Origin: Eledone cirrhosa
Taxonomy: Eukaryota
Assembly (NCBI GenBank): GCA_964016885.1
Contig: OZ024741.1
Span: 261,578,001-261,642,000 of the forward strand
Length of the DNA: 64,000 bases
Direction of reading: 5' to 3'
Shown: piece after piece, positions 1 through 12,600 of the stretch
Numbering within the stretch: position 1 is the first letter of the stretch
Layout: every line of letters starts with the position of its first letter
Notes under the pieces: generated by a model
The model's database searches: none
The model's input: only the letters and a program-made list of their open reading frames with translations
What the model was told of the DNA's origin: nothing
Program-made: the position numbers and the translations under genes

Positions 1-918
1 TTCGACTTACGAGTATTTTTGGCTTACGAGTGTTTCGACTTACGAGTGTTTTGACTTACGAGTGTTCTGATTTACGGATGTTTCGACATACGAGTGTTTT
101 GACTTACGATGTTTCGACTTACGAGTGTTTCGACTTACGAGTGTTCTGACTTACGAGTGTTCTGACTTACGAGTGTTCCGGCTTACGAGTTTTTCGACTT
201 ACGAGTGTTTCGACTTACGAGTGTTTCGACTTACGAGTGTTTCGGCTTACGAGTGGTTTGACTTACGAGTGTTCTGACTACGAGTGTTCTGACTTACGAG
301 TGTTTCGGCTTATGAGTGTTTCGACTTACGAGTGTTTCGGTTTATGAGTGTTTCGACTTACGAGTGTTTCGGCTTACGAGTGTTTCGACTTACGAGTGTT
401 TCGACTTACGGGTGTTTCGACTTACGAGTGTTTCGTCTACGAGTGTTTCGACTTACGAGTGTATCGGCTTACGAGTGTTTCGACATACGGGTGTTTCGAC
501 TTACGGTGTTTCGGCTTACGAGTGTTTCGACTTACGAGTGTTCTGACTTACGAGTGTTCTGACTTATGAGTGTTCTGACTTACGAGTGTTCCGACTTACG
601 AGTGTTTCGGCTTACGAGTGTTTCGGCTTACGAGTGTTTCGACTTACGAGTGTTTCGACTTACGAGTGTTTCGACTTATGAGTGTTTTGACTTATGGTGT
701 TTCGGCTTACGAGTGTTTCGACTTACGAGTGTTTTGACTTACTGGTGTTTTGACATACGAGTGTTTCGATACGAGTGTTTCGACTTACGAGTGTTCTGAC
801 TTACGAGTGTTCTGACTTACGAGTGTTCTGACTTACGAGTGTTCTGACTTACGAGTGTTCCGACTTACGAGTGTTTCGGCTCACGAGTGTTTCGGCTTAC
901 GAGTGTTTCGACTTACGA

Positions 919-987
919 AAATAACAAATAGACGCGGTTTCAAATCTCTATGCTTTTCAAATTCAGTACATTAATCTTTATTTATAC
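919..987 (+). repeat. 69-bp AT-rich insert, copy 1 of 14
   Basis: AAATAACAAATAGACGCGGTTTCAAATCTCTATGCTTTTCAAATTCAGTACATTAATCTTTATTTATAC interrupts a monomer after GACTTACGA. Confidence 0.95.
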
Positions 988-1489
988 TTTCGCTTTACGA
1001 GTGTTTCGACTTAAGAGTGTTTCGACTTACGAGTGTTTCGGCTTACGAGTGTTTTGACTTTCGAGTGTTTTGACTTACATGTGTTTCGACTTACGCGTGT
1101 TTCGACTTACGAGTGTTTCGACTTGCGAGTGTTTCGACTACGGGTGTTTCGACTTACGAATGTTTTGACTTACGGATGTTTTGACTTACGGGTGTTTCGG
1201 CTTACGAGTGTTTCGACTTACGAGTGTTCTGACTTACGAGTGTTCTGACTTACGAGTGTTCTGACTTACGAGTGTTCCGACTTACGAGTGTTTCGACTTA
1301 AGAGTGTTTCGGATTACGAGTGCTTCGACTTACGAGTGTTTCGGCTTACGAGTGTTTCGGCTTACGAGTGTTTTGACTTACGAGTGTTCTGACTACGAGT
1401 GTTCTGACTTACGGGTGTTCTGACTTACGAGTGTTCCGACTTACGAGTGTTTCGGCTAATGAGTGTTTCGACTTACGGGCGTTTCGACT

Positions 1490-4400
1490 TACGGGTGTTT
1501 CGACTTACGAGTGTTTTGACTTACGAGTGTTCTGACTTACGAGTGTTCTGACTTACGAGAGTTCCGACTTACGACTGTTTCGACTTACGAGTGTTTTGAC
1601 TTACGAGTGTTCCGACTTACGAGTGTTTCGGCTTACGGGTGTTTTGACGTACGAGTATTTTTGGCTTACGAGTGTTTCTACTTACGAGTGTTTTGAATTA
1701 CGATTGTTTCGGCTTACGAGTGTTTCGACTTACGAGTATTTCGACTTACGAGTTTTTTTACTTACGGTGTTTCGGCTTACGAGTGTTTCGACTTATGTGT
1801 GTTCTGATTTACGGATGTTTCGACATACGAGTGTTTTGACTTACGGTGTTTCGACTTACGAGTGTTTCGACTTACGAGTGTTTCGACTTACGGGTGTTTC
1901 GACTTACGAGTGTTTCGACTTACGAGTGTTTCGACTTACGGGTGTTTCGGCTTACGAGTGTTTCAACTTACGAGTGTTCTGACTTACGAGTGTTCTGACT
2001 TACGAGTGTTCCGGCTTACGAGTTTTTCGACTTACGAGTGTTTCGACTTACGAGTGTTTCGGCTTACAAGTGTTTCGGCTTACGAGTGGTTTGACTTACG
2101 AGTGTTCTGACTACGAGTGTTCTGTCTTACGAGTGTTTCGACTTACGAGTGTTTCGGCTTATGAGTGTTTCGACTTACGAGTGTTTCGGCTTACGAGTGT
2201 TTCGACTTACGGGTGTTTCGACTTACGAGTGTTTCGACTTACGAGTGTTTCGACTTACGAGTGTTTCGGCTTACGAGTGTTTCGACTTATGGGTGTTTCG
2301 ACTTACGAGTGTTTTTACTTACGGTGTTTCGGCTTACGAGTGTTTCGACATACGAGTGTTTTGACTTACGGGTGTTTCGACTTACGAGTGTTTCGACTTA
2401 CGAATGTTTTGACTTACGGGTGTTTCGGCTTACGAGTGTTTCGATTTATGAGTGTTTCGGCTTACGAGTGTTTCGACTTACTAATGTTTTTACTTACGAG
2501 TGTTTCGGCGTACGAGAGTTTTGACTTACGAGTGTTTCTACTTACGAGTGTTTCGACTTACGAGTGTTTTGACTTACGAATGTTTTGACTTACGGGTGTT
2601 TCGGCTTACGAGTGTTTCGACTTACGAGTCTTTCGGCTTACGAGTGTGTCGACTTACTAATGTTTTTACTTACGAGTGTTTCGGCGTACGAGTGTTTCGA
2701 CGTACGAGTGTTTAGACTTACGGGTGTTTTGACTTACGGGTGTTTCGGCTTACGAGTGTTTCGACTTACGAGTGTTTTGACTTAAGGGTGTTTCGACTTA
2801 CGAGTATTTTTGGCTTACGAGTGTTTCGACTTACGAGTGTTTCGGCTTACGAGTGTTTTGACTTACGAATGTTTTGACTTACGGGTGTTTCGGCTTACGA
2901 GTGTTTCGACTTACGAGTCTTTCGGCTTACGAGTGTGTCGACTTACTAATGTTTTGACTTACGAGTGTTTCGGCTTATGAGTGTTTCGACTTACGAGTGT
3001 TTCGGCTTATGAGTGTTTCGACTTACGAGTGTTTCGGTTTACGAGTGTTTCGACTTACAAGTGTTTCGACTTACGGGTGTTTCGACTTACGAGTGTTTCG
3101 ACTACGAGTGTTTCGACTTACGAGTGTTTCGGCTTACGAGTGTTTCGACATACGGGTGTTTCGACTTACGATGTTTCGGCTTACGAGTGTTTCGACTTAC
3201 GAGTGTTCTGACTTACGAGTGTTCTGACTTATGAGTGTTCTGACTTACGAGTGTTCCGACTTACGAGTGTTTCGGCTTACGAGTGTTTCGGCTTACGAGT
3301 GTTTCGACTTACGGGTGTTTCGACTTACGAGTGTTTTGACTTACGAGTGTTCTGACTTACGAGTGTTCTGACTTACGAGAGTTCCGACTTACGACTGTTT
3401 CGACTTACGAGTGTTTTGACTTACGAGTGTTCCGACTTACGAGTGTTTCGGCTTACGGGCGTTTTGACGTACGAGTATTTTTGGCTTACGAGTGTTTCTA
3501 CTTACGAGTGTTTTGAATTACGATTGTTTCGGCTTACGAGTGTTTCGACTTACGAGTATTTCGACTTACGAGTTTTTTTACTTACGGTGTTTCGGCTTAC
3601 GAGTGTTTCGACTTATGAGTGTTCTGATTTACGGATGTTTCGACATACGAGTGTTTTGACTTACGATGTTTCGACTTACGAGTGTTTCGACTTACGAGTG
3701 TTTCGACTTACGGGTGTTTCGACTTACGAGTGTTTCGACTTACGAGTGTTTCGACTTACGGGTGTTTCGGCTTACGAGTGTTTCAACTTACGAGTGTTCT
3801 GACTTACGAGTGTTCTGACTTACGAGTGTTCCGGCTTACGAGTTTTTCGACTTACGAGTGTTTCGACTTACGAGTGTTTCGGCTTACAAGTGTTTCGGCT
3901 TACGAGTGGTTTGACTTACGAGTGTTCTGACTACGAGTGTTCTGTCTTACGAGTGTTTCGACTTACGAGTGTTTCGGCTTATGAGTGTTTCGACTTACGA
4001 GTGTTTCGTCTTACGAGTGTTTCGACTTACGAGTGTTTCGACTTACGGGTGTTTCGACTTACGAGTGTTTCGACTTACGAGTGTTTCGACTTACGAGTGT
4101 TTCGGCTTACGAGTGTTTCGACTTATGGGTGTTTCGACTTACGAGTGTTTTTACTTACGGTGTTTCGGCTTACGAGTGTTTCGACATACGAGTGTTTTGA
4201 CTTACGCGTGTTTCGACTTACGAGTGTTTCGACTTACGAATGTTTTGACTTACGGGTGTTTCGGCTTACGAGTGTTTCGATTTATGAGTGTTTCGGCTTA
4301 CGAGTGTTTAGACTTACTAATGTTTTTACTTACGAGTGTTTCGGCGTACGAGAGTTTTGACTTACGAGTGTTTCTACTTACGAGTGTTTCGACTTACGAG

Positions 4401-4930
4401 TGTTTTGACTTACGAATGTTTTGACTTACGGGTGTTTCGGCTTACGAGTGTTTCGACTTACGAGTCTTTCGGCTTACGAGTGTGTCGACTTACTAATGTT
4501 TTTACTTACGAGTGTTTCGGCGTACGAGTGTTTCGACGTACGAGTGTTTCGACTTACGGGTGTTTTGACTTACGGGTGTTTCGGCTTACGAGTGTTTCGA
4601 CTTACGAGTGTTTTGACTTAAGGGTGTTTCGACTTACGAGTATTTTTGGCTTACGAGTGTTTCGACTTACGAGTGTTTCGGCATACGAGTGTTTTGACTT
4701 ACGAATGTTTTGACTTACGGGTGTTTCGGCTTACGAGTGTTTCGACTTACGAGTCTTTCGGCTTACGAGTGTGTCGACTTACTAATGTTTTGACTTACGA
4801 GTGTTTCGGCTTATGAGTGTTTCGACTTACGAGTGTTTCGGCTTATGAGTGTTTCGACTTACGAGTGTTTCGGTTTACGAGTGTTTCGACTTACGAGTGT
4901 TTCGACTTACGGGTGTTTCGACTTACGAGT
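1490..4930 (+). repeat. ~1.82-kb tandem duplication of satellite variants
   Basis: Matching variant strings at offset 1,820-1,836 (1596/3416, 1862/3682, 2585/4421). Boundaries are approximate. Confidence 0.8.
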
Positions 4931-7900
4931 GTTCTGACTTACGAGTGTTCTGACTTATGAGTGTTCTGACTTACGAGTGTTCCGACTTACGAGTGTTTCG
5001 GCTTACGAGTGTTTCGGCTTACGAGTGTTTCGACTTACGAGTGTTTCGACTTACGAGTGTTTCGACTTACGAGTGTTTCGACTTACGAGTGTTTTGAGAT
5101 ACGGTGTTTCGGCTTACGAGTGTTTCGACTTACGAGTGTTTCGACTTACGAGTGTTTTGACATACGGTGTTTCGGCTTACGAGTGTTTCGACATACGAGT
5201 GTTTTGACTTACGGGTGTTTCGACTTACGGGTGTTTCGACTTAAGAGTGTTTCGACTTACGAGCGCTTCGACTTACGAGTGTTCTGATTTACGAGTGTTC
5301 CGACTTACGAGTGTTTCTGCTTACGAGTGTTTCGACTTACGAGTGTTTCGACTTACGAGTGTTTCGGCGTACGAGTGTTTTGACTTACGAGTGTTTCGAC
5401 TTACGAGTGTTTCGACTTACGAGTGCTTTGACTTACGAATGTTTTGACTTACTTCGACTTACGAGTGATCTGACTTACGAGTGTTCCTACTTACGAGTGT
5501 TTCGACTTACGAGTGTTTCGACTTGCGAGTGTTTCGACTTACGAGTGTTTCGACTTACGAGTGTTCTGACTTACGAGTGTTCTGACTTACGAGTGTTCCG
5601 ACTTACGAGTGTTTCGGCTTACGAGTGTTTCGACTTACGAGTGTTCCGGCTTACGCGTGTTTCGACTTACGAGTGTTTCGGCTTATGAGTGTTTCGACTT
5701 ACGAGGGCTTCGGCTTACGAGTGTTTCGACTTACGAGTGTTCTGACTTACGAGTGTTCTGACTTACGAATGTTCCGACTTACGAGTCTTTCGACTTACGA
5801 ATGTTTTGGCTTACGAGTGTTTCGGCTTATGAGTGTTTCGACTTACGAGTGTTTCGACATACGAGTGTTTTGACTTACGGGTGTTTCGACTTACGGTTGT
5901 TTCGACTTAAGAGTGTTTCGACTTACGAGTGTTTCGACTTACGAGTGTTCCGGCTTACGCGTGTTTCGACTTACGAGTGTTTCGGCTTATGAGTGTTTCG
6001 ACTTACGAGTGCTTCGGCTTACGAGTGTTTCGACTTACGAGTGTTTCGGCTTACGAGTGTTTCGACTTACGAATGTTTTGGCTTACGAGTGTTTCGGCTT
6101 ACGAGTGTTTCGACTTACGGGTGTTTCGACTTACGGGTGTTCCGACTTAAGAGTGATTCGACTTACGAGCGCTTCGACTTACGAGTGTTCCGACTTACGA
6201 GTTTTTCTGCTTACGAGTGTTTCGACTTACGAATGTTTCGACTTACGAGTGTTTCGGCTTACGAGTGTTTCGACTTACTAATGTTTTTACTTACGAGTGT
6301 TTCGGCGTACGAGTGTTTCGACTTACGAGTGTTTCGGCTTACGAGTGTTTCGACTTACGAGTGTTTTTACTTAAGGGTGTTTCGACTTACGAGTATTTTT
6401 GGCTTACGAGTGTTTCGACTTACGAGTGTTTTGACTTACGAGTGTTCTGATTTACGAATGTTTCGACATACGAGTGTTTTGACATACGATGTTTCGACTT
6501 ACGAGTGTTTCGACTTACGAGTGTTTCGACTTACGGGTGTTTCGACTTACGAGTGTTTCGACTTACGAATGTTTCGACTTACGGGTGTTTCGGCTTACGA
6601 GTGTTTCGACTTACGAGTGTTCTGACTTACGAGTGTTCTGACTTACGAGTGTTCCGGCTTACGAGTTTTTCGACTTACGAGTGTTTCGACTTACGAGTGT
6701 TTCGACTTACGAGTGTTTCGGCTTACGAGTGGTTTGAATTACGAGTGTTCTGACTACGAGTGTTCTGACTTACGAGTGTTTCGGCTTATGAGTGTTTCGA
6801 CTTACGAGTGTTTCGGTTTATGAGTGTTTCGACTTACGAGTGTTTCGGCTTACGAGTGTTTCGACTTACGAGTGTTTCGACTTACGGGTGTTTCGACTTA
6901 AGAGTGTTTCGTCTACGAGTGTTTCGACTTACGAGTGTTTCGGCTTACGAGTGTTTCGACATACGGGTGTTTCGACTTACGGTGTTTCGGCTTACGAGTG
7001 TTTCGACTTACGAGTGTTTTGACTTACGAGTGTTCTGACTTACGAGTGTTCCGACTTACGAGTGTTCCGACTTACGAGTGTTTCGGCTTACGAGTGTTTC
7101 GGCTTACGAGTGTTTCGGCTTACGAGTGTTTTGACTTACGAGTGTTCTGACTACGAGTGTTCTGACTTACGGGTGTTCTGACTTACGGTGTTCCGACTTA
7201 CGAGTGTTTCGGCTAATGAGTGTTTCGACTTACGGGCGTTTCGACTTACGGGTGTTTCGAATTACGAGTGTTTTGACTTACGAGTGTTCTGACTTACGAG
7301 TGTTCTGACTTACGAGTGTTCCGACTTACGACTGTTTCGACTTACGAGTGTTTTGACTTACGAGTGTTCCGACTTACGAGTGTTTCGGCTTACGGGTGTT
7401 TCGACGTACGAGTATTTTTGGCTTACGAGTGTTTCGAGTTACGAGTGTTTTGAATTACGATTGTTTCGGCTTACGAGTGTTTCGACTTACGAGTATTTCG
7501 ACTTACGAGTTTTTTTACTTACGGTGTTTCGGCTTACGAGTGTTTCGACTTACGAGTGTTTCGACTTACGAATGTTTTGGCTTACGAGTGTTTCGGCTTA
7601 CGAGTGTTTCGACTTACGAATGTTTTGGCTTACGAGTGTTTCGGCTTATGAGTGTTTCGACTTACGAGTGTTTCGACTTACGAGTGTTTTGACTTACGGT
7701 GTTTCGGCTTACAAGTTATTCGACATACGAGTGTTTCGACTTACGGGTGTTTCGACTTACGGGTGTTTCGACTTACGAGTGTTTCGACTTACGAGTGTTC
7801 TGACTTACGAGTGTTCTGACTTACGAGTGTTCTGACTTACGAGTGTTCTGACTTACGAGTGTTCCGTCTTACGAGTGTTCCGACTTACGAGTGTTTTGAC

Positions 7901-9659
7901 TTACGAGTGTTCTGACTTACGAGTGTTCTGACTTACGAGTGTTCCGACTTACGAGTGTTCCGACTTACGAGTGTTTCGGCTTACGAGTGTTTCGGCTTAC
8001 TAATGTTTTTACTTACGAGTGTTTCGGTGTACGAGTGTTTCGACTTAAGGATGTTTCGACTTACGAGTGTTTCGACTTACGAGTGTTTCGACTTACGAGT
8101 GTTTCGACTTACGAGTGTTTTGGCTTACGAATGTTTTGACTTACGGGTGTTTCGACTTACGGGTGTTTCGGCTTACGAGTGTTTCGACTTACGAGTGTTC
8201 TGACTTACGAGTGTTCCGACTTACGAGTGTTCTGCCTTACGAGTGTTCCGACTTACGAGTGTTTTGACTTACGAGTGTTCCGACTTACGATTGTTTCGGC
8301 TTACGGGTGTTTCGACGTACGAGTATTTTTGGCTTACGAGTGTTTCGACTTACGAGTGTTTTGAATTACGATTGTTTCGGCTTACGAGTGTTTCGACTTA
8401 CGAGTATTTCGACTTACGAGTTTTTTTACTTACGGTGTTTCGGCTTACGAGTGTTTCGACTTATGAGTGTTTCGACTTACGAGTGTTCTGACTTACGAGT
8501 GTTCTGACTTGCGAGTGTTCCGACTTACGAGTGTTTCGGCTTACGAGTGTTTCGACATACGAGTGTTTTGACTTACGGATGTTTCGACTTACGGGTGTTT
8601 CGACTTACGAGTGTTTCGACTTACGAGTGTTCTGACTACGAGTGTTCTGACTTACGGGTGTTTCGACTAACGAGTGTTTCGACTTACGAGTGTTCCGACC
8701 TACAAGGGTTTCAGCTTACGGGTGTTCCGGCTTATGAGTATTTTCGGCTTACGTGTGTTTCGACTTACGAGTGTTTTGACTTACGATTGTTTCGGCTTAC
8801 GAGTGTTTCGACTTACGAGTGTTTCGACTTACGAGTGTTTTGACTTACGGGTGTTTTGACATACGAGTGTTTCGATACGAGTGTTCTGACTTTCGAGTGT
8901 TCTGACTTACGAGTGTTCTGACTTACGAGTGTTCTGACTTACGAGTGTTCCGACTTACGAGTGTTCCGACTTACGAGTGTTTCGGCTTACGAGTGTTTCG
9001 GCTTACGAGTGTTTCGACTTACGAGTGTTTCGGCTTACGAGTGTTTTGACTTACGAGATTTTTGACTTACGGGTCTTTCGACTTACGCGTGTTTCCACTT
9101 ACGAGTGTTCTGACTTACGCGTGTTCTGACTTACGAGTGTTCCGACTTACGAGCGTTTCGACTTACGAGTGTTTTGGCTTACGAGTGTTTTGACTTAAGG
9201 GTGTTTCGACTTACGAGTGTTTCGATACGAGTGTTTCGACTTACGAGTGTTTCGGCTTACGAGTGTTTCGACTTACGAGTGTTTCGACTTACGAGTGTTC
9301 AGATTTACGGATGTTTCGACATACGAGTGTTTCGACTTACGAGTGTTTCGACTTACGAGTGTTTTGACATACGGGTGTTTTGACATACGAATGTTTCGAT
9401 ACGAGTGTTTCGACTTACGAGTGTTCTGACTTACGAGTGTTCTGACTTACGAGTGTTCTGACTTACGAGTGTTCCGACTTACGAGTGTTCCGACTTACGA
9501 GTGTTTCGGCTTACGAGTGTTTCGGCTTACGAGTGTTTCGACTTACGAGTGTTTCGACTTACGAGTGTTCCGACTTACGGGTGTTTCGACTTACGAGTGT
9601 TTTGGCTTACGGTGTTTCGGCTTACGAGTGTTTCGACTTACGAGTGTTTCGACTTACGA

Positions 9660-12600
9660 GTGTTTCGGCTTACGAGTGGTTTGACTTACGAGTGTTCTGA
9701 CTACGAGTGTTCTGACTTACGAGTGTTTCGGCTTATGAGTGTTTCGACTTACGAGTGTTTCGGTTTATGAGTGTTTCGACTTACGAGTGTTTCGGCTTAC
9801 GAGTGTTTCGACTTACGAGTGTTTCGACTTACGGGTGTTTCGACTTACGAGTGTTTCGTCTACGAGTGTTTCGACTTACGAGTGTTTCGGCTTACGAGTG
9901 TTTCGACATACGGGTGTTTCGACTTACGGTGTTTCGGCTTACGAGTGTTTCGACTTACGAGTGTTCTGACTTACGAGTGTTCTGACTTATGAGTGTTCTG
10001 ACTTACGAGTGTTCCGACTTACGAGTGTTTCGGCTTACGAGTGTTTCGGCTTACGAGTGTTTCGACTTACGAGTGTTTCGACTTACGAGTGTTTCGACTT
10101 ATGAGTGTTTTGACTTATGGTGTTTCGGCTTACGAGTGTTTCGACTTACGAGTGTTTTGACTTACTGGTGTTTTGACATACGAGTGTTTCGATACGAGTG
10201 TTTCGACTTACGAGTGTTCTGACTTACGAGTGTTCTGACTTACGAGCGTTCTGACTTACGAGTGTTCTAACTTACGAGTGTTCTGACTTACGAGTGTTCT
10301 GACTTACGAGTGTTTCGACTTACGAGTGTTTCGGCTCACGAGGGTTTCGGCTTACGAGTGTTTCGACTTACGAAAATAACAAATAGACGCGGTTTCAAAT
10401 CTCTATGCTTTTCAAATTCAGTACATTAATCTTTATTTATACGTTTCGCTTTACGAGTGTTTCGACTTACTAGTGTTTCGACTTACGAGTGTTTCGGCTT
10501 ACGAGTGTTTTGACTTTCGAGTGTTTGACTTACATGTGTTTCGACTTACGCGTGTTTCGACTTACGAGTGTTTCGACTTGCGAGTGTTTCGACTACGGGT
10601 GTTTCGACTTACGAATGTTTTGACTTACGGATGTTTTGACTTACGGGTGTTACGGCTTACGAGTGTTTCGACTTACGAGTGTTCTGACTTACGAGTGTTC
10701 TGACTTACGAGTGTTCTGACTTACGAGTGTTCCGACTTAAGAGTGTTTCGACTTAAGAGTGTTTCGGATTACGAGTGCTTCGACTTACGAGTGTTTCGGC
10801 TTACGAGTGTTTCGGCTTACGAGTGTTTTGACTTACGAGTGTTCTGACTACGAGTGTTCTGACTTACGGGTGTTCTGACTTACGAGTGTTCCGACTTACG
10901 AGTGTTTCGGCTAATGAGTGTTTCGACTTACGGGCGTTTCGACTTACGGGTGTTTCGACTTACGAGTGTTTTGACTTACGAGTGTTCTGACTTACGAGTG
11001 TTCTGACTTACGAGAGTTCCGACTTACGACTGTTTCGACTTACGAGTGTTTTGACTTACGAGTGTTCCGACTTACGAGTGTTTCGGCTTACGGGTGTTTT
11101 GACGTACGAGTATTTTTGGCTTACGAGTGTTTCTACTTACGAGTGTTTTGAATTACGATTGTTTCGGCTTACGAGTGTTTCGACTTACGAGTATTTCGAC
11201 TTACGAGTTTTTTTACTTACGGTGTTTCGGCTTACGAGTGTTTCGACTTATGAGTGTTCTGATTTACGGATGTTTCGACATACGAGTGTTTTGACTTACG
11301 GTGTTTCGACTTACGAGTGTTTCGACTTACGAGTGTTTCGACTTACGGATGTTTCGACTTACGAGTGTTTCGACTTACGAGTGTTTCGACTTACGGGTGT
11401 TTCGGCTTACGAGTGTTTCGACTTACGAGTGTTCTGACTTACGAGTGTTCTGACTTACGAGTGTTCCGGCTTACGAGTTTTTCGACTTACGAGTGTTTCG
11501 ACTTACGAGTGTTTCCGCTTACAAGTGTTTCGGCTTACGAGTGGTTTGACTTACGAGTGTTCTGACTACGAGTGTTCTGTCTTACGAGTGTTTCGACTTA
11601 CGAGTGTTTCGGCTTATGAGTGTTTCGACTTACGAGTGTTTCGGCTTACGAGTGTTTCGACTTACGAGTGTTTCGACTTACGGGTGTTTCGACTTACGAG
11701 TGTTTCGACTTACGAGTGTTTCGACTTACGAGTGTTTCGGCTTACGAGTGTTTCGACTTATGGGTGTTTCGACTTACGAGTGTTTTTACTTACGGTGTTT
11801 CGGCTTACGAGTGTTTCGACATACGAGTGTTTTGACTTACGGGTGTTTCGACTTACGAGTGTTTCGACTTACGAATGTTTTGACTTACGGGTGTTTCGGC
11901 TTACGAGTGTTTCGATTTATGAGTGTTTCGGCTTACGAGTGTTTCGACTTACTAATGTTTTTACTTACGAGTGTTTCGGCGTACGAGAGTTTTGACTTAC
12001 GAGTGTTTCTACTTACGAGTGTTTCGACTTACGAGTGTTTTGACATACGAATGTTTTGACTTACGGGTGTTTCGGCTTACGAGTGTTTCGACTTACGAGT
12101 CTTTCGGCTTACGAGTGTGTCGACTTACTAATGTTTTTACTTACGAGTGTTTCGGCGTACGAGTGTTTCGACGTACGAGTGTTTCGACTTACGGGTGTTT
12201 TGACTTACGGGTGTTTCGGCTTACGAGTGTTTCGACTTACGAGTGTTTTGACTTAAGGGTGTTTCGACTTACGAGTATTTTTGGCTTACGAGTGTTTCGA
12301 CTTACGAGTGTTTCGGCTTACGAGTGTTTTGACTTACGAATGTTTTGACTTACGGGTGTTTCGGCTTACGAGTGTTTCGACTTACGACTCTTTCGGCTTA
12401 CGAGTGTGTCGACTTACTAATGTTTTGACTTACGAGTGTTTCGGCTTATGAGTGTTTCGACTTACGAGTGTTTCGGCTTATGAGTGTTTCGACTTACGAG
12501 TGTTTCGGTTTACGAGTGTTTCGACTTACGAGTGTTTCGACTTACGGGTGTTTCGATTTACGAGTGTTTCGACTACGAGTGTTTCGACTTACGAGTGTTT